NCBI RefSeq assembly: GCF_000711695.1
Contig: NW_013547013.1
Coordinates: 1-64,000, forward strand
Reading direction: 5' to 3'
Origin: Tilletiaria anomala UBC 951
Lineage: Eukaryota
DNA: 64,000 nt
Of the stretch, positions 25,229-38,169 are shown piece by piece (position 1 is the first letter of the stretch; each line of letters begins with the position of its first letter). A model generated the notes under the pieces. It was given only the letters and a program-made list of their open reading frames with translations. It ran no database searches and was not told the origin of the DNA. The position numbers and the translations under genes were made by a program.

Positions 25229-27574
25229 TTAATCGAGCGCCTGCTGCCCACTGTAGGCCGGCAACCTCTTCTGCGCTCCCTGCCAGTCAATCTCGCCATC
25301 GCACAGAGTCCTGATGACGGAGATGACTTCATCGATGGGGCCAATCAGTTGGGAAGTTGTATCTCTTTCGCGAAGGGTCATCTGTGGGAGGAACCGAGGG
25401 CAAATCAACAAGATATACAATGGTGCACCATCACAACGCTTCGAACTTACCGTGCCCTTGCTGAGAGACGCGAAGTCTAAAGTACAAGCAAAAGGCGTGC
25501 CGAGCTCGTCATTTCGTGCATACCGTCGACCGATCGTTGCGCTGCTGTCGTCCACCCTAGCGGCGACGCCGGCGGAACGCAATTTCCGGCTGACCTGCTT
25601 GACGAGCGGCGCCAGTTCCTTGCTGTTGGAGATCGGGACGATGAGTGCCTTGAACGGAGCGACCAAGGGCGGTAGGCTGAGAACACCACGGTCTGCATCC
25701 TCTTCCCTTGCCCAGAACGAGTGCTCGAGCAGGGAGTAGAAGATACGGCCAATACCGAAGGACGGCTCGATGACATTTGGTGTGTATGTCCGAACGGTCT
25801 CCTTGACTACCTTCAGCTCTACCTTAACGAGGTCTGGTGTAATCTCGTATTCCTGCGATCCAACCTTGACCTTGGCCGAGCCATTCTGCAGTTGTGACTG
25901 CAGCGAGCCGAGCGCATCCTGGTCCATCTCGACGATAGCCTCCTCAACGGCCTTGGCCTCCTTCTTGAACTTTGGTCCAAGAGCCTTGCGGTTAAGCTCG
26001 GGGATGAGCTTGTCGTATACCTTAGGCTCCTTCAGAGGCACCTGCACGTGCAGCTCCTTGTGCGTGCGCTTGCTGTGGACTGTCAGGTCATATGCACTGC
26101 GGTCCGCACAGCCGACGCATTCGACCCAGCCGTAGCTGGTCTTGATCTCCGCATCCCAGCAGTCCGAGGCGTAGTGTGCCATCTCGTTGGCCATGTGCTG
26201 GCGGAAGCGCACGCGCTGTGTGTCGATGCCAATCTTCTGCAGGAATAGGTAGATTCGTGCCAAGAAATAACCGAGCGTCTGGTTGTCCACCATACCACTA
26301 GCGACTGCCTCGCCGATGGTAGTCGTCGTGATGTCTGTCTTTCCGGATTGCTGGATGCCTTTGGGCAAGAAAGGAAGCTTGACCTGCTTGACTTCGTCGA
26401 AACGCTCGTGGTTTTTGTCGAGCGGGTCTACGTAATGCTCGATCTCTGCCATGACAAACTCCCTCACTCGAAGCAAACCAGCTCTGGGGCTGATCTCGTT
26501 CCTGAATGACTTGCCAATATGCGCACTTGCAAAAGGAACCCTACCGTTGTTAAAGTCTAGAAGTCTAGCAAAGTTGACAAAGTGTCCTTGCGCCGTCTCC
26601 GGTCGGAGGTAGCCCTTGACATAGCCTGTTGGTCCGATTTGAGTCTCGAACATCAGGTTGAACTCTACCGGCTCGCTCAACTCATTACCAGTCTCAGGAG
26701 ACTTGATGGCGAATTTCTTGATGAGCTGACCGAGCTCTGCGCCTGTGTAATTGTCGATCTGGGCCAGCACGCTCTCGTACTCAGCTTTGACGGCGTCATC
26801 GAGCTTAACGGCAGCGCTCTTGATCTTCTTCTTTTTGGCCGTTTTCTTGTCCTCGCTGCCCTCTGCAGCTACTTCCTCTTTTGGTTTGGAAGTAGTGCCG
26901 GCCTCGGCCTCGCGAGCCTGCTCGTCGCCTTTCAACCGCGCTTCTAGCACGCCCTCAACGAGGTGATCCGCACGGAAGATTTCTCCGTTCTTCAGGTCCT
27001 TGCACATGAAGTCTGCAAACTTGTCCACGTGTCCGGAAGTCTTGAGAACGTCTGATAGTGTCATGATGGTCGTGTCGAGCTCGAGCATCTCTTCTTCGAG
27101 GATGAAGTGATTCCGCCATGCTGCAATGATATTGGCTTGCAGGGCGGCACCGGTGGGTCCGTAGTCGTACAGACCAGCGACTCCTATATGCGAAGATAAA
27201 TTCTTTCAGCCATCACATTAGTAGCGGCAACAAACACAGGCCATATGCTAACCTCCGTAGATCTCGAACGCTTGGTTGTAGAAGAATCGTTTCGCCAAGA
27301 CCCCTTCGAGCGCTGCCCTGCTCCATTCATGCGCGTCCTTCTTGACGGTGGGGGATGCAGGAGCGTCCGGATTGCGAGCTGGTGCTGCCATGGCGGAGGA
27401 ATTGGAGTGCGCGAATCGTTGCGCGACGAAGAACGCTTGGACAGGGTGAGCAGGTGTGGCCGGGCGACGCGTGTTCACCAAGTGCACAGCAGTCAGAGAG
27501 GGAAAGCTTCGTGCGGTGTTTGCGAGCGAGGCTTTTGATAAGATGCTATGTACGTGCTGCAGTCTGCAAGTCAT
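25229..27574 (-). CDS. GRS1: Glycyl-tRNA synthetase (class II, alpha2 type); long form from ATG 27574, short form from ATG 27391
   Basis: Introns 27184-27252 and 25382-25450. Motifs: RFFY..AFEIYGGVAGLYDYGP, SGHVDKF, FNLMF, YLRPETAQGHF, FRNEISPR, MAHYASDCWD, VIEPSFGIGRI, IGRRYARNDELG. Confidence 0.97.
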
Positions 27575-27961
27575 ACGCAACTTCGGCTCGTGTATATAGG
27601 CTGCACACGCTGAATGGACCTGCGAGGCTCTTGTCAGGATGGTGCTGGAAGGTTGGAAAGTTGGATAGGAGCTTTCTCGCTCTCATTCATGCTGTGGTGA
27701 CTCACAGTGGGTCCTCCCAATTCTCAACTATGCTTCTCTCTGTGGGGAGGGTTGTTTTATCAGTCCCGAGTTCCGCCAAACACTACCCTCCCTATCTGGT
27801 AGGGGTAGCAAGCTGTGCCGTATATCGTACAAAATCAACTTCACAACAGCGGTTGGTTTGAGGTCACGGGAGGCACTGATGAAACAGAAGACATTGCCAA
27901 CCTGCTCCTGCTGCGTTCCTCGTCGGGTTCGATTCTCCTGAAAGAATACTGGCTGGCCGCC

Positions 27962-29882
27962 ATGAGCTCTCGACAGCCGAGCGACCAGGCCGGGTCGCAC
28001 GTGGATGATGACGACATCGCACCTGTATCACCCAGAATGCCGTCGGCTAGCCTTGGGTCGAGTTCACCGGCCGTCACTGGGACCATGCTCAGCAGTGTTG
28101 CCAATCTGCTTAACACGCTGATCGGCGCCGGAATCTGCGCCATGCCATATGCGATGAAGTACACCGGCCTGCTACCTGGGATCGGGCTCATCGTTCTTTG
28201 CAGCTTCACATCGGCATCGGGCCTCTACCTGCTTACGCGCTGCGCCGCCAAGGTTGGAGGCAGGGGCACAAGCTTCTTTTCGGTGGCCAGAAAGACCATT
28301 CCATCGGGCGCACGCTGGTTCGACCTGGCTATCGCCCTCAAGTGCTATGGCGTCTCCATCTCCTACCTCATCATCGGAGGCCAGCTCATGCCACAGGTGA
28401 TGATATCCTTCTTCAAGGCTTTCGGCAAGGACCCGCACGAGATTCCTGGCTCTTTCCTCAATAGAGACCTCTGGATCCTGATATTCATGGTTTTTTTGAG
28501 TCAGTACGAGTCTGTTCACGAGACTGATAGATGATTTGCCGATGCTGACGACGAACCGATTTCTTTCCAAAGCTCCACTCTGCTTCCTTCGTCGGCTAGA
28601 CTCGCTACGGCATACATCCTACGTCAGGTAGGTGCACACGGACTTTACTATTGTGGCAGAGCCTGAACCACTTTCTTTCGGTAGCTTCATCGCAGTTGTG
28701 TACTTGGTTATCATCGTCGTCTTCTACGGCCTCATGGACCATGCAAAAGCTCACCTGCCACCACGTGGTGATGTCGACTTGATCAAGATTGATGGGCACT
28801 TGGTCAGCATCTTCCCAATCTTCGTCTTTGCATTTACATGTGCTCAGGTGAGTGTATCCGTCTTCAGCCGGGAAGCAGCATGGGAGCTCAACGTATGGCA
28901 TCAATCCGAACAGAATATGTTTCCGGTCTACAACGAGCTGGCAAACAATTCAGAGAGTAGGGTCAATGCTATAATCGTGACATCGATCGGGACAGCAGCT
29001 GTCATTTACGAGGTGAGCAAGAGCTATTTTACTAACCGTCAGAACGATTCACTGAATACGGCTTTCATTCTCTGTGTGAAGATTGTGGCAGTCTTGGGCT
29101 ACATCAGCTTCGGATCAAATATCGGCAGTAACATCATTGCAATGTATCCAGCTACCAGCGTATTTGTCTGTGGAGGACGCATTGCGATCGTCCTGCTCAC
29201 GCTATGCTGCTATCCGCTGCAAATACACCCTTGCCGTGCTTCTTTCGACAAGGTTTTTTCCAAGGCGAGGGGGGAGCGTATTGTCCTCCCTTCTGACCCA
29301 GTCGACGCATTGTACGAGGATTGGGGGCATGAAGGCGACTCTCATCGAGAGGGAGACGAAGAGGACACTCAGGTGCTACTAGATGATGACACAGGTGCTA
29401 GACGACCAGAGGGCAAAGCCGACGCAATTCACGATATTCCGCTTCGGAGATGGTGCATCCTGACCGGCCTGATCCTCTCCACGACATTCACGATCAGCCT
29501 CTTCATCGACGACCTCTCGATCGTGCTCGGCTTTGTCGGCTCGATCGGCTCGACGACGATTAGCTTCATCCTGCCCGGCGTCTTGTACGCCGTCCTGCAT
29601 CAGCACGAGCCAGAGCAACGGCGCATGCGACGCTTTGCGCAAGCACTGGCGGTCTGGGGCGCATTGGTGCTCGTCTTCACATTCACTGCCAACGTGCTCA
29701 AGGTGCTGCGCGCTGCGCCGGGGACAATGTCACAAGGGCACGGCGACCGCTTGGCTGCGCTGCTCGCGGCGCACGAGAGCCACGTCAGCGCGGCTGCTGC
29801 TGCTTCGTCTGTTGCTTCGGCTTTGGCGTCGTCAGCAACCGCCGCCGCCTCCGCTTATAGTACGACATCAGCGGCTCTCTAA
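27962..29882 (+). CDS. AAAP/AVT-family (Avt5/6/7-like) vacuolar amino-acid transporter, ~551 aa
   Basis: Introns 28500-28572, 28628-28684, 28848-28913, 29013-29081. Motifs: SSVANLLNTLIGAGICAMPYA, FDLAIALKCYGVSISYLII, PLCFLRRLDSLRHTS, FPIFVFAFTCAQN, YPLQIHPCRAS, GSTTISFILPG; multiple TM helices. Confidence 0.93.
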
Positions 29883-31787
29883 ATCTGTGGTAGGGTACGC
29901 ATAGGGCCACAACCGTCTTTGTCGGTGACCTCCGACATTCCATCCTCTCCGCTCGGGCATCCTTCCATATACCTAATCACAGCGGCATCCTGTTTGCATT
30001 ACATTTGCATTCTTTGTATTTCTAGGCAATGACATTTCCATTTTGCGTTCGCATATAAGACAACAATCTTTACCTGCCATGTCTAGGTCAACCTTCGAAA
30101 AGCAAGCTGCTCTGGCTTCTCCGAACACGCACATCAAACGATCTTGCCGAACACACCATCAGTTTCAAACGAACACTCGAAGGCCCAACCAGGTCTCTGA
30201 AATATGACATGTGACCGATTCTGCGTTGCGGAGGCGGATGGCCCATGCGCGTGATTCCCCACGATGTGGACATAATTGCGCGTTCTACCATCCTAGGTTT
30301 TTGCTTGCACACGCGAGGGCAAGCGATTGAAAGCCTCACAAGCGAGCGTCCAGTCCTGTTGTGAAGCTAGCTGGCTTTCCTATTGCAGCGACGAAAGTCG
30401 GTGACGGATGACGTGATGAGGCCGCTGAGTCGATGAAAGATGAAGATGAGGGCTTTGCGCGGTTGTGCCATGTGCTATATAGTACAGCAAAAGCACATCG
30501 CATTTTTGTGTGGTGGTTGTTGTCAGGGCGGGGGCAGACTCGGCTATAGAGCAGCCTCGCGCGCCGAAAGGGGGATGATGAATCCAAACAGGCGTCTCGT
30601 CGTCAGGTGTCTCGCACACAAAACAAGAGCAGCACTGTGAATGATCCTGGTAGATCTCTATACGACTCTCTTTTGTTGTTGCGAACTTGCGCATAGCGAG
30701 AATACGACGTTTCGCAAACTACTTGAGTCAATCATCGATGGTAACATCGCGTACAGCAGAATGCGGGGAATGCAAATGTCGCTGCCATGAATGAAGAGAT
30801 GAACAGCGTCACATGTTTTTCCGAGGACCTGACACCAGCGAGAAGAAATGCTGTGAGGTGGTCCAGATCGGAGCTAGTTGGCATAGGAAATGCATACTCG
30901 CATCCTTGTAGATACTGGCCGATTACGCGCGTCAGCATCATGGCACGGCGAAAGTTACCTTCGCTACCAAAAGGCAAACGGCAATGGCGCGAAGAGACAA
31001 ACAGAGGAACAAATGGGTCCAATTCAACGAAAGGAATAGTAGGCGTATGGTGGGTTCAGTGAAGAGGCGAGACTGCAAGAGAGTGATACACCCAGTGCTG
31101 CCCATGAATCCGAGCCGTACATTTCAATCAAATTGTCACGGCTGCTGTGTCGCGGAATGCCGTCACCCATTTTGATTCACTCCATATCCACAGGAGGCCA
31201 GGGCCCCAGAAGCCTCCCCCCAGACTGTCCCAGAGCCAACCTTGCATGTACTAGAGAGCATGGATGGGAGAATTTGGGAAGAGAGGGCTCACTTGATCCA
31301 ACCTGTACAAACCGGCGACAAAACACCCACACAGGCGCCGCACTGCAGCGCACACTAGCCATCGTTCGATCCTGATCACGAGGGGCAACCTTTGAGGATT
31401 GAGTTGCCTCTCTGGGTCTAGTTCTCTTTTCCACAATAGTCATGTATCCTTTCTACAGCACGGGATAATGTGTCGCTTGTGGTGGTAGAGTGGATTGAAG
31501 AAGTGCAGCGAATGCAATTCCCAACCGAGCTGGCAAACCCATCCTCAACACAAGCCATCGTTGTTGTTGTTGGCGGCGGCGCGGTCGCTGTGGAATCCTC
31601 GATCAGGTAGAAGCGCTCGGCGCGGTTCGTGCTCCTGTCATCGCCCCCTTGTTGCCACTCGCGGACAAGCAAGTGGAGGATTTGGGCCTGCAAACCTCTT
31701 ACGAATAACCCAGCTTCATCCTCAGAAGAATTTCACCAGCTGACCGGTTCAGCTTTTGTTGGCCTCGTCTCCAGCCTGACAGGCACC

Positions 31788-34700
31788 ATGGCGACCGCAG
31801 AGGATAATGTCAAGCTCTCCGAGCTGACCAACCTTACAGCGGATACCGTTTTCCAGGTCCTAAGAGACCGCTTCTTCTCAGGTCTACCTTACACCGACCT
31901 GTCCGATTCTATCCTCGTATCCGTCAATCCGTTCGGCTCCACGGGCAACCGCAACAGCCCGGACACCCTTCGCGAATACACTAGAGACTATCGGGATACA
32001 AGTAAAGAGGCGCGCGTCCGCAAGCTCCCGCCACACATATTTGCAACTGCCTGCAATGCGTACTTTTACATGCGAAGGACTGGCCAAGACCAAAGCATTC
32101 TTTTGAAGTGAGTTGGATATCCATCCTGTTGCATTCATTTGAAACGTGCACTGACGACTGCATGAATGCATACAGCGGCGAAACGAGCTCGGGCAAGTCA
32201 GAGCTACGACGATTGGCGCTCAAGGCGCTAGTCAACCTCAGCGTGTCGGCACCTGGTAAAAAGGGGTCCAAGCTTGCGTACCAGGTGCCAGCTGCCGAGT
32301 TCGTGCTCGACTCTTTTGGCAATTGCCGAACGCTGGACAATGCCAACGCTTCACGTATAGGGACCTACAGCGAGCTGCAATTCAATGACAATGGCAAGCT
32401 GATGGGCTGCAAGACACTCGACTACTATCTGCAGAAGAACCGTGTTGTCCATCATGCAGCAAATGAAAGGACGTTCCACATCTTCCACTACCTCATCGCT
32501 GGTGCATCAGCCGAGGAGAAGGAGTTTCTGCACCTTGGCGATGGTGAATTCAACTACCTCGGCGGGGGCCGCGCCCACAAGGAGGCTATCAAAGAAGACT
32601 CCGCCAGATTCCAGCGCCTGAAGCAGGCATTCAAGAACATTGGCCTATCTAAACGTCAGGTCGCCTCCATCTGCCAAGTCCTTGCCGCCATCCTCCACCT
32701 TGGAAATGTCGAATTCTACCAAGACCGACACCGCACGCAGGACTCTGCCTCGGTACGCAATCCTGAGGTGCTGTATCTCATCGCTGCCTTCCTCGGAATA
32801 CAAGCCAAAGATCTTGAGGACTCGCTCACCTACAGGACCAAAATGATCAAAAATGAGGTCTGCACCATCCTTCTCGATGCTGATGGCGCGGCAGCCAACA
32901 GGGATGACCTCGCCAAATCATTGTACGGCCTCCTGTTTTCTTGGCTCAACGAGCACATTAACGAGAAGCTCTGCAGGGATGACTTTGACACGTACATTGG
33001 CGTCGTTGACCTGCCCGGCTTTGAGAACCTCAGCAGGGGCAATTCCCTCGATCAGTTCGTCATCAACTTTGCCAACGAGTCGATGCATCGCTGGATGCTC
33101 AAGAGCATCTTTGAGAGCAAGAAGGACGAGTATGCCGACGAGGGCATCCGCCATCTTTCACCCGATGTGCCGTTCTTTGACAATGCTGAGTGTGTGCGTT
33201 TGCTCACCAATCAACCGGGTGGCCTCGTCCACATCATCGACGACCAAGCGCGGCGTCAGCCAAAGAAAACAGATCACACGATGGTAGAGGCGTTCGGCAA
33301 GCGGTGGGGAAATCATCCTTCTTTCAAGGTTGGCCCGGTCGACCGCAGTGGCTTTGCCTCCTTCACCATCTCCCACTTTGCCGGACCCGTGACATACACC
33401 AGCGAGGCTTTACTTGAACGCAACTCCGAGGTCGTCAGTCCAGACTTTGTCTCCCTCCTGCTTGGGCAGCCGGCAGAGGCAGGCAAGAGTGCAACCGAAA
33501 TCCCTGGTTCTCAGAGCTCTGGCTCCTCTATCCCCTTTGTCAAGACCCTCTTCAGCACTCGCGCGCTCAAGACGCAGGCGCATCCCAAGAGCGACCAGAC
33601 CATTGTCGCCGCGCAGCAGTCAGTCAAGCCGACGCGCGCCCCGTCCACCCGTCGTCCCAATCGTGGCGCGGGCGGCGGCCTGGCAAGGTCGGGGACCTTG
33701 AAGAAGGAAGCCAAGGAGGATGAGGATTCGGAAGATGAGAATGCCGACGGGACAAAGAAGAACAATGCGGTCAGCGGCTTTGTCGGCGAGTTCCGCGATG
33801 CGCTGGACACGCTCTTCGGGACGCTCGATGACACCAAGCCCTGGTTCGTCTTCTGTCTGCGGCCGAACGACAACCAGCTGCCGAACCAATGCGAGGCGAA
33901 AGTGCTCAAACAGCAGATCAAGTTCCTCGGTCTCGCCGAAATGGCACGCAAGATGCTAGCCGATTTTAGCGTCAGCATGACTTATGAGGAGTTCTGCGAC
34001 CGCTACGCCTCTTCCTTCTCGCTCGCCGCCATTTCAATGCGCGGCGCACAGTCAGGCGAGGCGAAGCAGAAGTTTGCTGCCGCCAAGGAGGTCATGGGCT
34101 GGTCCGACACCGAGGCTGCCACCGGCCGTGTCAAGGTCTTCCTCAGCCATCGTGCCTTCCGTGAGCTCGAGGATGAACTCAGGGCGGTTGATCCAGAAGA
34201 GGTCCGGGTCAATGAAAAGAAGGCTCAGCAGGATGCCGAAGCTATCGCACGTGGCGATGCTGACCCCTTCTCGCCGATGGGCCTGCTCGACGAGTCGGCA
34301 ACGCCGCTCAGTCCGCTTGTTGGTGTCTTTGGTGACCCCTTCAAGGAGCAGTCAACAGCGAGCGTGCCGCTCGTCGGCGGTAGCGGTGGCCCGGCCGGAG
34401 CCAGCTCCGACCTCTACATGGACGACGCGAAGAGCGCTTTCTCGGAACTCACAGCGCCTCGTAGGAGCATGATGGGACTTAGCGGCGCCCCGTCCGTCAT
34501 TGGTTCAGAGATGTACACGCCATCGCGCAACATGTTCGCCGGTGTCGCTACGCAAGGTGCCAACGAGAAGATGGGCAGCCCCCTCGGCGCGGCAAACGTC
34601 GCTCCCGAAGCAGGGCAGGTTGCGGAAGAGGTTCCGACCACTTCTGCTCGTCGCAAGTGGGTCTTCATTACCTGGCTCTTGACTTTCTGGATCCCCTCTC

Positions 34701-37700
34701 CCCTCCTTTCGCTCTTTGGTCTCAAGCGCTCCGACGTCCGCATGGCCTGGCGCGAGAAGCTCACGATCAACTTCATGGTCTGGTTCATCTGCGGCTGCGC
34801 CGTGTTTGTCATCGCCATCCTCGGAAACTTGATCTGCCCGCGTGAATACGTCTACAGCGTGCAGGAATTCTCGGGTCACAAAGGGAACAGCGCTTGGACG
34901 TCCATCCGCGGGGAGGTTTTCAACCTCAACAAGATCGCCTCCAGCCATCTTGCCGCCATCGACGTTGTGCCCGCCAAAAATGTGCTCAAGTACGCCGGAG
35001 AGGATGCCACCAACCTTTTCCCTGTGCAGGTCAATGCACTGTGCAACGGCATCACGGGCACTGTCAGCCCTTGGGTTCAGCTTAGTGGTGACAACAACAC
35101 AGACGTCAACGCACAGTATCACGATTTCCGCGCCTTCAAAACAGACGATGTGCGACCGGACTGGTACTATGAGCAGATGTGGCGAATGCGAAGCACTGCG
35201 CGTGTCGGCTTCATGGGCTACACCTCAGACGGTCTCAACGACCTTCTCACTGGTGGGCGCACTGTTGCTGTCTACAATGGCGGCGTCTACGACGTTTCTG
35301 ACTATGTAAAGCAAGGCAATCGCGGCGTGCCTGTTGCTCCTGAAGGCCAGCAGGCTCCTCCCAATACCCAATTGTCGTTCATGCACGATTCCATTATCCA
35401 ACTGTTCCAGGCAAACCCGGGAGGTGACATTACGAAGAAGTTCGACTCCTTGCCGCTGTCTAGCGAGGTTAAGCAGCGCCAGCGAGTTTGCCTGCGCAAT
35501 CTCTTCTTCATCGGCAAGCCCGATCACCGCAACAACCCAGCGTGCCTGTTCTCACGCTACATTCTTCTGGCCCTTAGCATCGTCATGGTTGCCATCATAG
35601 GTTTCAAATTCTTGGCCGCACTGCAGTTCGGGCGCGTTCGTGCTCCCGAAGACCACGACAAGTTCGTTATTTGCCAGGTCCCATGTTACACGGAAGGCGA
35701 AGAGTCGATGCGCAAGACCATCAACTCGCTTGCTGCGCTCAAGTACGACGATAAGCGCAAACTCATCGTCATCATTTGTGACGGCATGATTGTCGGTTCA
35801 GGCAACGATCGCCCCACCCCACGCATCGTTCTCGACGTTTTGGGCTCCAACCCTAACCTGGACCCGGAGCCGCTCAGCTTCCTCTCGCTCGGCGAGGGAG
35901 CCAAGCAGCATAACATGGGCAAGGTATACAGCGGTCTCTACGAGAACGCCGGCCACGTCGTACCTTACATTGTCATCGTCAAGTGCGGGAAGCCGACAGA
36001 GCGGCAGCGGCCTGGAAACCGTGGAAAGCGTGATTCGCAACTGGTCATCATGCGCTTCCTCAACAAGGTCCATTTTGGTCTTCCGATGAATCCCTTGGAG
36101 CTGGAGATGTACCACCAGATCAAGAACGTCATCGGTGTCAACCCGAGCTTCTACGAGTACATCCTCCAAGTCGATGCCGATACCACAGTCGAGGCCTACT
36201 CGCTGAATCGCTTCATTTCGGCGTTCACGAACGACAAGAAGGTTATCGGACTCTGTGGTGAGACTTCGTTGTCTAACGCAAAGAAAAGCTTTATTACTAT
36301 GTTGCAGGTAAATCGTTCGAGCTCTCTGTGTTACGTGTGTTCGAGAACAGAGCTGAGTTGTTGTCACGTCCCCCTTCCGTTCAGGTGTACGAATACTACA
36401 TTTCGCATCACCTGGCCAAGGCATTCGAAAGCCTGTTTGGTTCGGTCACGTGTCTTCCAGGCTGTTTCTCGATGTTCCGCATCAGGTGAGCAGAGTGAGA
36501 GCCAGCTTTTCTGTTTGACACCCTGCTGAATATATGGCTGCGTAAATGTAGAACTCCTGACACGCACCGTCCGCTATTCATCGCCAATGCGGTCGTTGAT
36601 GACTACTCGGAGAATCGCGTCGACACGCTTCACACGAAGAATCTGCTGCATCTTGGTGAAGATCGGTACTTGACAACGTTGGTCCTCAAGCACTTTGGCA
36701 ACTACAAGACCATCTTTGTGCGAGATGCGAAAGCGCAAACCGCAGCACCCGAGGACTGGGGCGTGTTGCTGTCGCAGCGACGTCGCTGGATCAATTCAAC
36801 CGTCCACAATCTGTTTGAACTCATCCTGACGCCAGGTTTGTGCGGGTTCTGCTTGGTGAGCGTCCTCTCAAACTCCTTTGGCCGCGGTGCTGGACTGAAT
36901 TGTTTGCTCTATAGTTCTCCATGCGGTTCATTGTCTTAATTGATCTGCTGTCGACGATCATCGCGTGCGTAGGCCCTCGAATTACTAATTATGAACGAAG
37001 CTCGAAGCTGACGTCCCTTTTCCCAACCTAGCCCTGTCACTGTTGCATATATCGTGTACCTTGTTGTGCTCGTCTCGACTTCGGACGCTACGGTTCCCGT
37101 GACGTCGCTGATCATGCTCGCGGCCATTTACGGTCTCCAAGCGGTCATCTTTTTACTGAATCGCAAATTCGAGATGATCGGTTGGATGTTCGTCTACATC
37201 ATAGGCATCCCTATCTGGTCCTTCTTCCTGCCGCTGTACGCTTTCTGGCACATGGACGTGAGTACGAAGCAGCAACTTGCTCTGGATGAGGAAGATGCTG
37301 ATCTGATTGTCCATAGGACTTCTCCTGGGGAAACACTCGTGTCGTCACTGGAGAGAAAGGAAAGAAGGTTGTTATTCACGATGAAGGAACCTTTGATCCC
37401 GCCGAGATCCCTCTCAAGACTTGGACTGATTACGAGAATGAGCTTTGGGAGCGGAACTCGGCGCACTCAATCGGCTCCATCATTCAGGCGGCGCGAGAGG
37501 AAAACAAGCTTAAAGCAGGCTCGAGAGCAGGCTCGATGTATACACCTTCGCTGTACGGTCAGCCTGTCCTGACCCACTCCCAAAGCTTTGGTCACAGCCC
37601 GACTCATTCGGCATTCGGCGGTTCTCAGACGGGCGGGTACATGCAGGATCACCGACAGTCGATGATGAGCCAACCCTACACCATGGCCCCGCTGGCATCG

Positions 37701-38169
37701 ATGGGCTACCAGACCCCAGCTATAACCATGTATGGAGGGCCGCCTTCGCTCTATGGTGTTCCCGCACCTACCTACGCTATTCCGTTCGCTCACCCATCAG
37801 GGTCCATTTACGGAGGTTCACAACTTGGCTACTCTCCGCAAGGAGGTTCCGGACGCGCAACACCCACGAATGGCTTGGAAACTTCAGTGCATTCGCGGTC
37901 GGGTAGCGGTGCCTTGCCATCTGACGCAGTGCTTGAAGCTGACGTTCGCAGGCGTAAGTGCACTGGGCCAAACCGCTTCCTTTTGTCTGCTTGCGCTGAT
38001 CGCGCGATTATCCCGGCTCGCTCAAACAGTGATCGCTGAGTCCGACCTTTCAAAGATTACCAAGAAACAGATTCGTCTGCAGCTCGAAAGCAAGTATGCT
38101 ACGTCTCTGACGACTAAAAAGGACTTCCTCAACGCCACGGTGGAAAAAATTCTATCCGAAGCTGTATGA
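31788..38169 (+). CDS. mcs1: Class V chitin synthase with an N-terminal myosin motor domain (Mcs1/CsmA-like), cytochrome-b5-like domain and DEK-C tail, ~1969 aa
   Basis: 8 exons (introns 32108-32175, 36308-36384, 36486-36551, 36856-36914, 36965-37031, 37258-37316, 37954-38029). Myosin motifs: [47 protein letters not shown] motifs: [49 protein letters not shown]-terminus: [15 protein letters not shown]. Confidence 0.96.
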
